The notes under the pieces: model-generated
Database searches by the model: none
Told to the model about the DNA's origin: nothing
What the model saw: the letters and a program-made list of their open reading frames with translations, nothing else
Translations under genes and position numbers: made by a program
In this document: piece by piece, positions 36,931 through 51,098 of the stretch
Numbering within the stretch: the first letter of the stretch is position 1
How the letters are laid out: the number at the start of each line of letters is the position of its first letter
Source of the DNA: Vicugna vicugna
Taxonomy: Eukaryota
Reading direction: 5' to 3'
NCBI GenBank assembly: GCA_013265495.1
Contig: MU058463.1
Location: 3,331,037 to 3,395,036, forward strand
DNA length: 64,000 bases

Positions 36931-38209
36931 ATCACAGTAGGAGGGGCGGTAGGGTCAAAGGAGGAAGAGGTCCAGAAGGCCAGCCTAGAGAAATCAAAAT
37001 GAAATCATGTTAAGGAGACACCTACTCATTCCAAGAAGGCTCAAATCAGGAAATAAAACCTAAAGGAAAATCAAACAAGAGTATAACATTGTTATTATCA
37101 ATTCTTATCATTGGACATGCTTATCTAATAAAATATATATTTTAATTTATCAGACCATCATACCTCACTTTTCCTAATTCTTAAAGTCCTTTTACAATAA
37201 TACATAATCTTGTGAATTCTCTTAAAAAATTTTTAAGTCATTCAACATGCAAGTCATTTAATATGCAATATGTATTCAATATTTTTGTGTAGTTAATGGG
37301 AAAGAGGTGGATTTTAATAAGAAAACAACATAGTTCATTTTAGGTTAGTTTATTATTAAAGATTTATTACCAAGTTTATTTATAACCTTTCATAATATTC
37401 AATATAATTAAAGAAAATTATTTTTTACATTTAAGTGACCCTTGTTTACTGATTTATTTTCAATTAATTATGTAAGGAGAAAATATTACCTGTTGGCTAA
37501 AACTTTTGTTTAATTACTTGTTACATCACATTTGCTTTGGAGGACCAAATACTTATTAAAGTAGATTGAAATTTAGCTATGTGTTATGCAATCAACAACA
37601 GATAAAAACCACTTAATAAACTTGCAAATTCTTTATTTAGAGCTGAAAAGAAGGTCTGATTAATATTTTTATGATAAAAGAGTACAAAGAGTGACCTGAA
37701 AATAACACATAAGTAAAGATATACTTTATTTCTCCAAAATAAAAAGCCAAATTGGACATAATTTTTACCATATTTTCTCTTTATAATGTGGATTTGAAGT
37801 ACTAGAGACATCTTGATGTCCTATAAGAAGATTTGGATCAGATGTATGAAACTTTCAAATTCTAAAGATTAAAGTGTGCAGAACATACGTACACATTTCT
37901 TGACACTGAGTAGTCTCCATTGTCAGTGTCCCTGATCGGCCTGCTGTCTTCCATGTGGTGATTTAGGGACTCAGGCTGTTTCTACTTTGTGGCCCCACCA
38001 TCCAGTCCTGTTCATACTGGTACATTGAGAAGAGAACACCACAATATCATATCTGGTTCCCAAGCCAAAAGCATAGGAGTCATTCCTAATTTCTTTCTTT
38101 CTCTCCCTATTATCAAAATTCCATCAGCAAGCCTTGTTCACACTCTCTCTAATTTTTTTAAACAATCTACTTCTGAATAATCAAATTATTATCACTATTT
38201 TGTACCACT

Positions 38210-39010
38210 AACTAATTAAAGTATCTGAGCAATGATTATCAGCAAATGTTAGCATGAAAAAAAGAGACAATCAGGTATTATATGCCTCCTGATAAAAGGA
38301 CATTTGCTGATGAAAAGAAAAAAAATCAAACTTTAATCCAATTAAAATTCTCACTCTAAATGCCAATTCTCAGAAGATACAGGGGATAGAGCAACATGTA
38401 AAAATCACAAAATTATAATGCAATTAGGAAAATCCAAACTGATGAATACTCTTCAGGAAGTGACCAAATTCTTCAAAAAACAAATTAGAGGGAAAAGGAA
38501 AGATAAAGATATTGATAGTCAATAGCTAGCTAGCTAGATAGATAGATAAATAGACCGATTGATCTAGATGTTTGTATGTGTGTATATATATATACACACA
38601 TAGAGAGAGAGACAGACAGACAAAGAGAGAAGATACATGCAACCAGCATATATTGCATATGGTTGCAACCAATATTGACCTGGATCCAAACAAACTTAAA
38701 AAAAAATCCATAATACAAAGAAATGTGAACACTGATAGGAGCATTTGACAACATTAGAAATTAATTATTGTTTACTTTTAGGTATAAATTAGTATTTTGT
38801 TAAAATATAAATCCTTGTCTACTAGAGATTCATATTATGACATTTATGGATAAAATGGCATAGTATTCACTGCAAGATAATCTGAAGAAACTGATGAGAT
38901 ACAGAAGAAACAAAGTTGGCAATGAGTTGATAATGGTTAATTGTGTCATGGATACATCAGATTTTACTTTACTGTTTTCTCTAATTTTGTATGTATTTTT
39001 CCATAATAAA
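38210..39010 (+). mobile_element. Old L1M (L1MC/ME-like) 3' end with internal (TAGC)/(TAGA)/(TA)/(GA) simple repeats
   Basis: TGGATCCAAAC...ATTTGACAACATTAGAAATTAATTATTG...GTTGGCAATGAGTTGATAATGGTT...TTTTCCATAATAAA. Confidence 0.6.
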
Positions 39011-39019
39011 GAGGTCTTC

Positions 39020-39685
39020 AAACGTTCACTCTTTTCCAATTCCCCTGCTGCCCCCTAGTCAATGCCACCATCATCTCTTACCTGGGAGGCATGTGAAGCA
39101 GCCTCCTGATGACACTCCCAGCATCCAGTGTTGCCCCCTCCAACCCCCCCTCCTCATGGCAGCTGCAGTGATCATTTAAAACTGGAATCACATCCTATCT
39201 TCTTTACCTCGCTTCCTTTAATAACCTTCCCAAAGCTTCTCATTCAATCGGATTAAAATCTAAACCCTACATTTACAAGGTCCTTTTTAACCTGGACCCT
39301 GACGATCTTGTCAAACACATCCTGTACCACTCTGCCCGACATGCTGGCCAGCCTGAGGTTCTTTCTGGCCCTCCACTTGCCATGCTTGTCCCCATATCAA
39401 GGTCTCTGTCCGAGCAATCCCTTTGCCTTAAAGGCTCCATCTGTTGCCCTCTCACTACCACTGAACAAAGAATCTTTTCCATCATTGCCTATCACATGAC
39501 CCTGTTTGATTGCTATCATTTTATCACTGATATTCAGATAGCCAGTTTGTTAATCTATTACCATTTTCATCCACTAAAGTGTAAGCTTTATTAGAAAAGT
39601 GACTTTTTCTATCTGTTTCAATATTGTAATCCCTGTGCCTAGAACAGCCACTCGACAAATATTACTTGAATAGATCAATGAATTA
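39020..39685 (+). mobile_element. L2 3' end
   Basis: CACTAAAGTGTAAGCTT...CCCTGTGCCTAGAACAG...CAAATATTACTTGAATAGATCAATGAAT. Confidence 0.7.
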
Positions 39686-39889
39686 ATTTACACAGGATCT
39701 AAGTTTCCATTCCAATTATACATTTGTATGAATCTTGCTTCAGTGAGTATGTGACTAGAAAGGTTAAACACGAAAGAATTAATCCCTCATGTTGTAGGCC
39801 TATGACTTTGGAAATTAACCCCTCCAAGCTTCGGTCCATTCCTCTGTACAATGAGGATCCTATTAGGTTGTGAGCATTGAGTGAATTAT

Positions 39890-40472
39890 TATTCCCTATC
39901 ATTCTCATGATAATCCAAACACTGGCTCCTTAACTGGTTTGTATATTTGTTCCAACTTATCCTTCCCACTGTAGCCAGGGTTATCTTAAGAAAAATTAGT
40001 TCATGTGATATCACCACTTGAAAGCTTTCAACAGTTTCCTGTCGCTCCTTGAGATTCTCTTCTAGGCCCTGTGTGATCTGGCCTCTTTCCACATCCTCAG
40101 TCCTCTTTGTGGAATTCTTCCAGATACCTCACATCCTTTGAGAATTGTGCTTTATCCAGAGTACCCATGCTCTCCTCTTCGTCCAGCTCTTTCCTGCTCA
40201 AACTTCACCCTGCCGCACTTTCTCAGACCAAGTCAGCACCCCTAGGTCTCCTAGTCCTTTTCTGATAGGACTTATCCCATCTTTAATTATATGTATATTT
40301 ATATTTACTTAGGTTGTATACACTGTATGGTTAATATCTGTCTCACCCCCTTGCTATGAGATTGAGGACCACGTTGTTTTACTCATCATTGCATCTTAAT
40401 ACCATCACAGTACCAGGCATATTCTAGGCTGAAAACATATTTAGAGAATAAAGGAACCAATGAACAAGTGAA
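39890..40472 (+). mobile_element. L2 3' end
   Basis: CACTGTAGCCAGGGTTATCTT...CACAGTACCAGGCATATTCTAGGC...GAATAAAGGAACCAATGAACAAGTGAAT. Confidence 0.6.
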
Positions 40473-43394
40473 TCCCTAGTCTATGTCCTGGCACACAGTA
40501 AGCCCTCAGTAATGGAAACTGTTTTCGTAATGATGGAAATATATAATGGCGGTAGCTCTCTCAGCATGAACCAGAAGGGTCAGGTGGAGGAGGCCATACA
40601 AGCAGATCTCTGGAACTGTCTGCTGTCTCCTGTGCCCCTGTTGAAGGCAGAGAACTGGACTGGGGCTTCCCACTCACGCACTGTGACCCCTGGTGCTAAC
40701 ACCTCTGGTCTCACAGCCTGGTTCTCATTTCCTCTGTCTCTGACCCTGTCGTGGCAATCTAACTCAGCCTGTTTCTCACCTCTCTCACTTCCTGTTTGCT
40801 TACTCAGTGTTCTACCGTATCCTGATTTCTATGTTTGCACCTCATCGTGAAAAACCTGAAAATAACTTTTCTCTGATAACCTCCTGGCTTTCTAGGATTT
40901 AAAATCCTGCACTAAACTCTGACTAGATAAGGGCAATGCAGCTCCCTGACATGAATAATAGGTCGAAATGAAGTCACAGAAATGAAACACAGGAATCCCT
41001 TCTTGCAAAACAGAACAGCAAGGATGTTTCTTGCTGTCTAATGCATTTACTAGATCACAGCAGCCTATTTCATAAAAATATTTTATCCATACCTCTCACT
41101 TAGTGCATTAACACCACAATTTCTTGGGTTATTTCCCACCTCCACCCCCTATTATATTAGTGTTTAAACTTTATTGTCCCCCATCCACCTTACTAAATGT
41201 CCTCTTTTTTAGATTAAACAACTTTCTCAAAGTCATATTTTATCTTGGCTTCTCAAACATTAACATTGTCACTTAGTTTAGTGTCATCTGAAAATTTGAT
41301 GAGCAAATTTTCAATTATACTTACTATTAGATTTATTCATTGAAATTACTGTAAGTTAGATCAGTATGTCTGTTTAAAGTTTTGAAAAGATCAATTATGT
41401 GAAATATTTCAAATATTTGAAAATGAGATTGGACAATCTTTCAGTAATATTAAAACATTCTTCCCCTAGAAGTATATCTGAATTTGCATCCCATCAGAGA
41501 CTTAAATCTAGGCTAGATGAAATATAAGAAATGTTGTCTAAGGAATATATATTTTTTAATCACCAGTAAGATTAAATTAACTGACACAGGATGTGGATTT
41601 TGTTTGTTTGTTTCTTTGTTTCTTTGTGATTTGATGAGTCTTTATTTACAAGATCTATGCAATTTTCAGTCTGAGTACAATTCATTTGTTTGCATCCAAG
41701 TTATTTTCCTATTTAACACATAGCAGTTTCCATCCTAACGTAGTCTCCTGATTTAATATAAAAGTATCATTTTAAAATCTTAAGTGTATGAAGGAAAATA
41801 GATGTCATATTTTAATGCTGGCTTATGTACATATTTCACTTGAAATTTATATGGAAAGCACAAGAAAATAGCCCCTTTCACTTCAGAGTGGTCATTGTGT
41901 CTTTGATAAGAAAACAAGAAACCAAACAGCATCCTGGGATGTTGAGTCTTGAAAACAGTCCATGTTTTCATGCAAAGAGTCATTTGCAGAGACACACAGA
42001 CAGCTGCAGCCCTGTCCTACGGCTGAGAGGAGACTTCCAGAGAACCCTGGTGAGGCTGCTGCCTGCAGTCCAGGGGGTAATGGCTGACCCCTGACCCTGC
42101 CTGACAGCCAGCGCTCTTGTCATACTGCTGTGCAACAAGTCAAATGAGGCTATAATTACACTGCAGACAACGGGCTGCAATTATACATTCAAGTCCCAGA
42201 GTCTGGTAGGAGGGAGATGATTGTGGCTGGAAGGGGATGAGGAGAAGTCAAAAAGTCACAGGACAAACCGCTTTTTGATATTTTCTCTAAAACAGCATAA
42301 CTGTAATGTGTCCTCCCTGAAGGGGAGGATCAAACCACAGTGGAGAGCAAACAGTTCTCTGATTCAAAAAACCATGAAAACAGGACTTTGAGTAGATGGA
42401 TCCACTAAAGGCTATGTGACTGTCTAATACATAAAAAGAAGGGCAACTGTGGTTCCCAGAAGTTCCTGTGCAAATGCTGCTTACTGTTTCTGATTTACTT
42501 TGATTAAACAAATAATAAGGGGCCAGACTGCAACTGGGAGCGATGTGGCACACAGCCATATTTTTCAATACATTGAACCAGAGTGACTTTGTTTTTACTA
42601 TTAAATTTCCATAAAATCTAGGATCTCTCTATTAGAGCAAGTCATAGGTATTCTGGGCAAATATTTCTAAAGCCCTGTTTTTAAATATGCAAAATACTTT
42701 GCATCAGCAAATTAAGTAGGTTGAACAGCACAGAAATACCACTAGAAGTAGGTCTGCCCTGGCTGCATTTGAGACTGCCTGTAAAATTATTGGCATCTTC
42801 TACCCTCTGAATCCAAAGTTAGAGATTTACCACGTAATGTAGTTTTCTCAGGGGTGAGATAACTTGTATTTGTTTACCAAATTTCTGACCATTTGCTGTT
42901 CTATATTTGCTTGAATGTCTCTAGGGCTAAATACCCACTTCCTAACAAGGCAGCCCATGCTACCTTGAAATGGTGCTATCAAAACTGTCTTCCTCCTCTT
43001 AAAACAAAAAGCCTTGTTTTAGTTATCATTCATCAACCCAAACCCTCTACTTTGTATACCAGTCTCGGGCTACATTCTACTCAGAAAATTTCTTAATATT
43101 TAAAGACAGCTATAATGCTATTCTCCCCCACCAAAACATTCTTTGTTTATTTTCTCTATGACAGGGTTTCAACCCTTTTAGCAATTTCATAAGAACACAT
43201 ATCCATATGCTTTATGGCACCTAGAATTTAACATTCCAAAAGTGTTCAATGCAATCAATGCAAAACAGTCTGGCATCTCCCCCTTCATTGTTTCACTAAT
43301 ACTCTTGTGATCACAGAGGCTCTGAGTGCCCACATCAAAGCATTGCCTCTTGGAGCTTACTATGAACCAAAACTTCAAAGTCATTTTCACACAT

Positions 43395-44166
43395 GCTCCA
43401 GTGTGTGTGTGTGTGTTTTCTTCTCTTTCCCACACCATCAAGCAGTTAACTCTGACCAAGTAATTAATTCTGACACTATATATCTGGAGAGAGCATCAGA
43501 TCCTACAGGTTAAGGGTTCAGTCCCATAAGACTGCTCTCATTCAGGCACCAAAAGCAAGTCCGGGTTGTCACCTCTGCTTCTGTCTGACTGGCTGGGAAT
43601 CAGAGGTTCCCACAACTCCCTCTTCAGGTTGAATGAATTTGCTAGAGCAACTCATAGAACTCAGAAAAACACTTTACTTACTAGGTTATCAATTTATTAT
43701 AAAAGGATATAACTTGGAAATAGCCAGATGGAAAAGATACATAGGAAAAGGTATGTTAAGAAGGGGTCCTCAGCTTCCTTGCACACTCCCAGCAATCTCT
43801 CCCAGAATCGCCACATGTTCACCAATCTGGGAGCTACAAACCCTGTTCTTCTGAGTTTTTATGAAGGTATCATTACATAGGCATAACTGATTAAATCACT
43901 GGCCACTGGCAAGTGATTCAACCTCCAGCCCCTCTTCCTTCTCTGGAAATTAGAGGAATAGGATTGAAAATTCCAACCCTCTGGTCATTTAGTTAGGTCC
44001 TTTGGCATATTTTAGGTTACCTAGGAGCTTTCCAAAAGTCATCTTGTTAACATAACAAAAGAAACTTCAATGGCAATCCCTACTTAGGAAACTCCAAAGG
44101 TTTTAAGAGCTCTGTGCCAGGGACAAAAACCAAAGATATATTCTTATTATAAATCACAATCTCACA
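43395..44166 (-). mobile_element. MER21-like solo LTR
   Basis: AATTCTGACACTATATATCTGGAGAGAGCATCAGATCCTACAGGTTAAGGGTTCAGTCCCATAAGACTGC...AGCTCTGTGCCAGGGAC...TTATTATAAATCACAATCTCACA. Confidence 0.8.
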
Positions 44167-44339
44167 TATGCTAAGCCACATATATTGTTTCTCTTAGGTG
44201 ATCTTACTTTGCTTTCTTGGACCCAAGAGCCAATTCTTTCATTTATGTTTGTTCAATTTCATCCTGTTCATTTCAACTTAGTAGCAAGAATTTTCAGTAT
44301 CATTCTAGATCCTGATTCTGGCATTCACATTGTGAGTCC

Positions 44340-44638
44340 CCAACAAATAACAAATGCTGGAGAGGGTGTGGAGAAAAGGAAACCTTCCTACATCGTTGGT
44401 GGGAATGTAGCTTGGTGAAGCCATTATGGAAAACGTATGGAGATTCCTTTAAAAACTTAAAAATAGAATTGCAATATGATCCCTCTATCCCACTCCTGGG
44501 CATATATCTGGAGAAAACTCTAATTTGAAAAGACACTTGCAACCCAATATTCATAGGAGCACTACTTAAAATAGCCAAGACATGGAAGCAACTTAAATGT
44601 CCAGCAACAGATGAATAGATAAAGAAGATGTGGAATGA

Positions 44639-44673
<35 letters not shown>

Positions 44674-44950
44674 AAATGGAATACTACACAGCCATTAAAG
44701 AATGGAATAATGCCATTTGTAGCAACATAAATGGACCTAGAGATTATCATACTAGTGAAGTAAGTCAGAAAGAGAAAGACAAATACCATATGGTATCACT
44801 TTATGTGTATAATCTAAAATACAGCATAAATGAACTTATTTACAAAACAGAAACAGACTCACAGACAAAGAAAAAAACTTATGGTTACCAAAGGGGTAAG
44901 GGAGTGGGTGAGCAATAAATTAGGAATTTGAGATTAGCAGATACAAATAA
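44340..44950 (+). mobile_element. L1 ORF2 end and partial 3'UTR, with an internal (TG)n at 44642-44671
   Basis: ACAAATGCTGGAGAGGGTGTGGAGAAAAGG...GAAGTAAGTCAGAAAGAGAAAGACAAATACCAT. Confidence 0.9.
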
Positions 44951-45139
44951 AAAGTATAAGTGCCCAATAAAATTGAATGGAATAAATTAAGCAAACTACC
45001 AGAAATAAATATAGTAATTCATAGTTTAATAGCAATACATTAAAAACGATATGACATTATAATTACATCATTGAGACATGCCCTTCATATTTCATTCAAG
45101 GAGAATAACTCAGCTGAACTAAACTGGCCTCTTCCACTT

Positions 45140-45380
45140 TAATCTAGTAGAGAGTAAGGTCTTGAAGTTAAGCAACTTGTGTTCATATATTGGCATCCCT
45201 TTTTGCTTGTTGAATAATTTGAAAAAGTTTACTTACTTTCTAACCTGCAGCTTCCTTATCTGTAAAATTGAAATATATGCCTCATAGGCTTCATTAAATA
45301 TTACACTAAATATGAAATGAGATAACATATGTTTAGTAAAATGCCTGGCATGTAGAAGGGCTCAGTAAATGATAGACACC
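45140..45380 (+). mobile_element. MIR SINE
   Basis: CAGCTTCCTTATCTGTAAAAT...AAATGAGATAACATATG...TGCCTGGCATGTAGAAGGGCTCAGTAAATG. Confidence 0.65.
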
Positions 45381-48318
45381 ACGTTATTATTAGTTGAACA
45401 ATTTTGAATAAAATTACTCAACTCTTTTCAGATATATTTGTTTTTAATCTAGTCCATGTTTTCCAATCTATTCCACTAAAATCTCATAAGAAAACTTATC
45501 AAACACCTTGCCAATGCCTCTACACATTTGTCATCTATCTGTTATATATTCTTGACTATTCAATAAGGTAAACTCATGAAAGAGGGACCTGAATTTAGTC
45601 TGATATGACTTCTTCCAAACAGGGATTAGTATGATATCCTAGTAGTTATTCCTTAAATAGTCCCAGTCCTTTAAATATCCATTCAAGATATTGCCTGGAA
45701 TGAAGTCAAATTCATATCTTTGAAATAAGTATCCTTATAAGAAGTTTAAGTCAAAATTTTTTCTAAATATTTATTCTCATTTATATTTCATTAACCAAAA
45801 AACCTTATTTTTAATGACAGAAAGGAAGAGTACATGTAAAATTCTCTAATTATATATTATGCAACTTTTACAAAATTATTTTTCAACCAGATTTCTTCCT
45901 TTAGAAACAAGTGCCCAATGTGAATGCCAACTAGCAGAATTAATTTATAGACTCATTTCAGAGCAAATGAATTCATCCCTAATGGAACAAATTTCAAGAC
46001 TGAAGGATATTTAATGGTATATGCGCTGGTAAACATAGAAATATGTATACTAGTCATCACCAATAAACATCCAAAAATCTGAGGAAATGTTATTGTTGTG
46101 TACCAAGGAAGGCATTGATTCAGAAGATCTGGGTTTAGCCACTAACTTTCAATTAACTTTAATGTTATTTCATATTGAAGCCTTGTATTTCTCATGTACA
46201 AAATGAAATGAAATGTTTGAATAAGATGGAACTGAAACCAATATTAATATTTATGACAAAATGAATAATCATTATGTAATTACTAAAGCTCTTCCAGCTC
46301 CAGAATTTTGTCTTTGATTTTATGGCTTTCATAGACAAAATGACTCAGAACTCATTAAACACAAGTTAGCAGACAACTTTCATCTTGTCCAGCATTGATA
46401 TATCAGTGTTAATGTATCCTTCCCTGACTACTTAGCAAACATATCAATGTATAAAGAGAGATGATTACAGGGACTGTTTGAGAGCAGAGAAAAAGTGAAG
46501 AAAATTGATTTCTTAATTGCAAAGCAGCCCTCCATTAATCTCCATCGCTCTTCTCTAGTGATTCTTTACATTTCAAGAAGCAAAGTTCAATACAATCCCC
46601 TCCTCCCCTGACCTTGTCTCCTTCCCTCCCCTTTCCTATGGCCACTATTTCTGCTTCTAGTGCAGAAAAATCAGTATTTGTGGAAAACAGTACAGCATGA
46701 TTCAATGAAGATCTGGATCAAAGTAAAAATGGATGAATTGTCATGACCATGACTTATTCAACCAAGAGGAAAAGAGGAGAGGATTATTGCATATTGCTGC
46801 AGAACCTTCAATTCTGGTTGTTAATGACTGAATTCTCTGTGGAAGAAATGCCCTCTTACTCTGGGAGAAAGAAAACCTCATGCAATTAGTGCATCTGATC
46901 TACAACCAACTTCTGCTGAGGTTCTGAAAGGTAGGAAAAGGTTCTGAACCCTGTAGTAGCCTAGAGGTTTCACTGTTTATCAGGATCCCTATAAATAGAT
47001 TGACAGTTAAATGAGAACACAAGCTCTCATGCATGATTTAATGAAATCAACCCTTTAGAGCTAGGCTGGTGCAGGTTAATTGTACAGTCTACGAATGTAA
47101 AGAAACAAGTAGAAAAAGATGTGAAAACAACCCATTGATATAAAAAGTAACTGGGCAAATCACAAAATTGGTGGCACAGATATACCAAATTCTCATTTAA
47201 TCCCCCACCTTCATTTAATTAAGCAAACTTGGGGGGAGGATTTACTCTATATTATGCACTATGATATGACCTATGAATAACTGGTAAAATCCCCCAACCT
47301 TAAAAACAAGACAATTGAACCAAAGAGCTTAGTGTCTCCTACAAATTGCAGCTGGCAAATTTGGCGTTTACACATTACTAGAGATTAGGAAAAGGCTATT
47401 GACTTAGACAAAGCTTTTTTGGTGGCAAGAAACAGAGATTCACATGGTGGCAGGAACACAGTCAGGGTTCTCTGAGAGCAAGAGCTAGAACTGGGAAGAT
47501 TTCAGGAAAAAAGGCTGTTCTCCAGAACTGAAAATCTAGCTTTCTTTTTCCTATTGTTCCTGGTTCTCCTGCTTCTTGCTGAAGACCAGTTCTCTCTGCT
47601 CATCTCTCAGTGCATTTATCCTGAAGTCATTGCCCAAAGGCTGCCACCGCCTCAGTTTCCACCCCAGCTCATTAAGTTTCATATCTTTCAATGCCTGGCA
47701 TGCACAGTTGACCCAAATTGCTGTGTTCCAACTCCGAAATCAGAGGAGGGAATATAATTGGCCCAGCTGTGCAGGTGTTTCCCTATAATCCAGTCATCTG
47801 GAGTAAGAGATAGAGTCACGTATTTAAAATATGGCTTCAGGGACTCACCCCTGTGTGGATGGCAGTTCCCTTGGAAAGAATAAGTACTGGACAAGCACCA
47901 GAAGTTGTCTGAGCATCGTGTCCAATCTACAATTTCTAGCAGATATCTTCTTTGATAAATAACTGTTATTACATATATAGTAACATGCAGACTCCACATA
48001 GGCTACAGAGAAAAGAGAATAAATCCAAGGTATAGACTGTTTATAACAAAGTTTATTTAATTTCCTCATCATATGATTTTTCAGGCTGCTGTCAAACTTG
48101 AAGTCAACTAAAGATGAAATCTCATACATTATAAGTTCTTAATAGAGACAAATTTATTCTGAAAGATTAGATTCAGGAATAAGATGAGCAACTAATGAAG
48201 AAGATTAAAGAGCTTGTGACTGTTCCAAACTCAAAATGTGTTCATATATTCTAGAACAAAGAGATTTATTTTGTCTTGAATACCTACATGACATATGCTG
48301 ACATATTTTGTATTCTTG

Positions 48319-48655
48319 TGTTGGCCTAAAACAAAGAGACTGCCAGTTATTTCCCCAGCAAAAAATAGGTTTAAGAAGGGTCAGCAAAAAATTGTAATTC
48401 AGGGTCTGCAACCATGGCAAGCCATGTGCACTTCCCTGCACAGGAAGGGAAGGAAAATGCTTTTATAGAGAGGAAAACAAGGTTGGGCGGGTTGTAGTGA
48501 ACAGAGTCCAGGGCTTTTCATTGATTGAGCCCTTGCCAGGAAAGAAGAGGAATCTTTCTTCTCCTTGTTGGTCTTGGCTATCATCGCAAAGCATGAGAGC
48601 TTCTGGCCTCCCAAATCTACTTAATTTAGGTTTTTGTTTATTAAGTTTTTAAACA
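48319..48655 (-). mobile_element. Endogenous retrovirus LTR (solo, family uncertain)
   Basis: TGTTGG...AACA ends; antisense TATA (CTTTTATAG) and CAAT-like (CATTGATTG) motifs in LTR order. Confidence 0.55.
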
Positions 48656-49899
48656 TGAAATCACTAATTTGAACATATAGAATCAAGTAGTAATCACATT
48701 ATAATATTGTAACGACTTACTTTGTAGCGATGTATTTACATATCTTTCTCTCACTACTCTGTAACCTTGAGAAACTTGAGAAACTGTAACCTTTAAAATA
48801 AGTTAACTATAGATAAATAATTATACTGGATTATATAGTTTTATTTAGTTTTTCCAAATTATGTTTTATTCCTTATTTATCTAAATGAGAAAGTATCTAG
48901 CAACATCAACCATCTATGATAGCTATGATCCTAAAAAATACACCTGCCAGTTCTGGTGACACATACAATTAATAAAGGACATAAATTTAATGTACTTTGT
49001 TTCATTGGAGATGAATGGAAGTATCCGTTCCCTATTTTACTTATTATATCTTAGTATTATGATCCAAGTTATCAGCTTTCAGATATTTGAACTGCATTTG
49101 AACCTGTTCTGGGTTACAGACAGGCACTGGGGAAACTGAAAGTGTAGGCAACAGCAGTAAAGATGGAGACTTGAGAACCCATATTTAAAAGTTGATTTAG
49201 AACATCTAAATTAGATTTTTAAGTCTTAATCATATTTTACATGTCAAAAGAATTGCTAACAAGTAAAAATAGCTTTACTTTTGATATTCTATTCGTCAAT
49301 ATATCATACTAACTATACAATTTTAGAGATTAAAAACAAACCATTTGAGAAATAGGTTTGTAGTGTAGGTATCTGAGTGAAAGATTCACCTGTAAATTAA
49401 TGAATAAGAAGCTAGGAATGGCTTCCAACAGCAGTAACTTCTACTCTAAGGAGACAGGCAGACAGTTTTCTTTTTGAACTAATCTGTTCTAAATTTAGAA
49501 ACTAGAAATGGAAAATAGGAAGAGAACACCAAGTTAAAATAACCACTGAATATTTTAATTTTCTCATATAATCAACGACATATATTTTGTATTTTAAACA
49601 CTATTCATAATCTGATTAGGTAGAATTGAAAAAAGCAAGGAATATAAATACCTAGAACAGAATTTGATTTTGTTCCATTCTTTTATAAGAAAAACACAAA
49701 TTATATTAAACTGACATCAGGATCATCAGAAAAGAACCCACAGGAGAACTAATAAATCGCACAGTCTGTTCCTTCTCTCCTCCAACAGCAGAGGACTGTT
49801 AAATGGCAAGTATTGCTCAAATGGTATGGAAAAGCCAAAAGTGCCTTGTAAATAATCAAAAGATATTAAATTAAAATCAGTAGAATTTTACTCTGCAGT

Positions 49900-50400
49900 A
49901 CACATTTATCTTTTCCAGCATATGTGTCCATTATAAAAATATGGGAATAACACAGAAAAAAATGGAGGAAAATGAATGTCCTTTAGTCTTTCTACTTTTT
50001 AATAATTATGGTTAATTTTTTGGTGATATCTTTTCAATCTGCTTTCTGAATTTAGTCTTTAGTGAAAAAAATAAGACCTAATTTTAGGGATCTTATGTAA
50101 AGCATTTTGTGTTCTGCTTTCATTGTGCTGTTCTTTTTTCACTCAACATTATATTAGGTGTTTTATATGCTGTTCAAAAGCATTATCTTTAATGGCTACA
50201 TGTTATTTTTTTAAGTATAAAGGCGACAAATTTTTAAACTATGCCTCTATATGTTGAATTACTGTTTCCAATTGTTTTTTATTATAAATAATATTATGAT
50301 GAACATCTTTTGACACTTTTTTTTTAATTTCCTAATGATACAGTCTCAAAAGTGGGTCACAGAGACATTTTAAGGGTTTGTATATTTAAAGTAACTCAGC
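49900..50400 (-). mobile_element. Old L1ME-like 3' fragment
   Basis: TTTTTTCACTCAACATTATAT...TTTAATGGCTACAT...TTATTATAAATAATATTATGATGAACATCTTT. Confidence 0.5.
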
Positions 50401-50534
50401 AAAGTAAGGTGAACAGACATCTTAACTGATATCCAGAGATATGAGTTCTAATCTCAGCATTTTTCTGGTCAAATGAGTTCACTGCTCTGGTCTTCAATTT
50501 CCCCATGGTATAAAGATGGCTGAACTAAATTATT

Positions 50535-51098
50535 TTACTTTGGTCATCTACGACTGTATAACAAATTACCTCAAAATCTAGTGGCCTAAAACAGCAATCA
50601 TTCTGTTACTTCTCTTGACCCTGTGGGTTAATTGGGGCTCAGCTGTGTGGTTCCTTTGCTTGTCTTGCTTGTAGTTCCTTATGTGGCTTCAGTCAGATGG
50701 TGGCTGCATATTCAGCTTCCCAGGTGGAATGTCCAAAATGGCTTCAGTCATGTGCCTGGCACCTTGGTAGGGACAGCTAGGCTCAACTGGGATGCTAGGG
50801 CAGCTGGATTTCTGGCTCTGCCTCTATCTCTGTCTATCTCCATACAGGCTCAAAGTGTCTCCTCTTTATACATCCTTTCTATATAGAGTCTTCACATGGT
50901 CTCCCCTTCAGAACAATGTGACCTGTTACATGACTGCTCAGGTTCTCAGAAATACAAACACACACCACTTCTATCCCACTCCACTGGGAAAGCAAGTCAC
51001 AGGATCAGCCCACCTTCAAGTGAGGGGGACAGCACAAAAGCAAGACTACTGGGAGGAACGGTTCATTAGGGGCCATCTTTGATGAGCAGCTACTGCAC
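50535..51098 (-). mobile_element. MaLR solo LTR (MLT1 family)
   Basis: CTGTATAACAAATTACCTCAAAATCTAGTGGCCTAAAACAGCAATCATT...AAAGCAAGTCACAGGATCAGCCCAC...GGGGCCATCTTTG. Confidence 0.75.

Noticed and set aside
48759..48793. CTGTAACCTT-GAGAAACTT-GAGAAA-CTGTAACCTT micro-duplication
   Set aside because: It is a short slippage or repair scar with no further structure.
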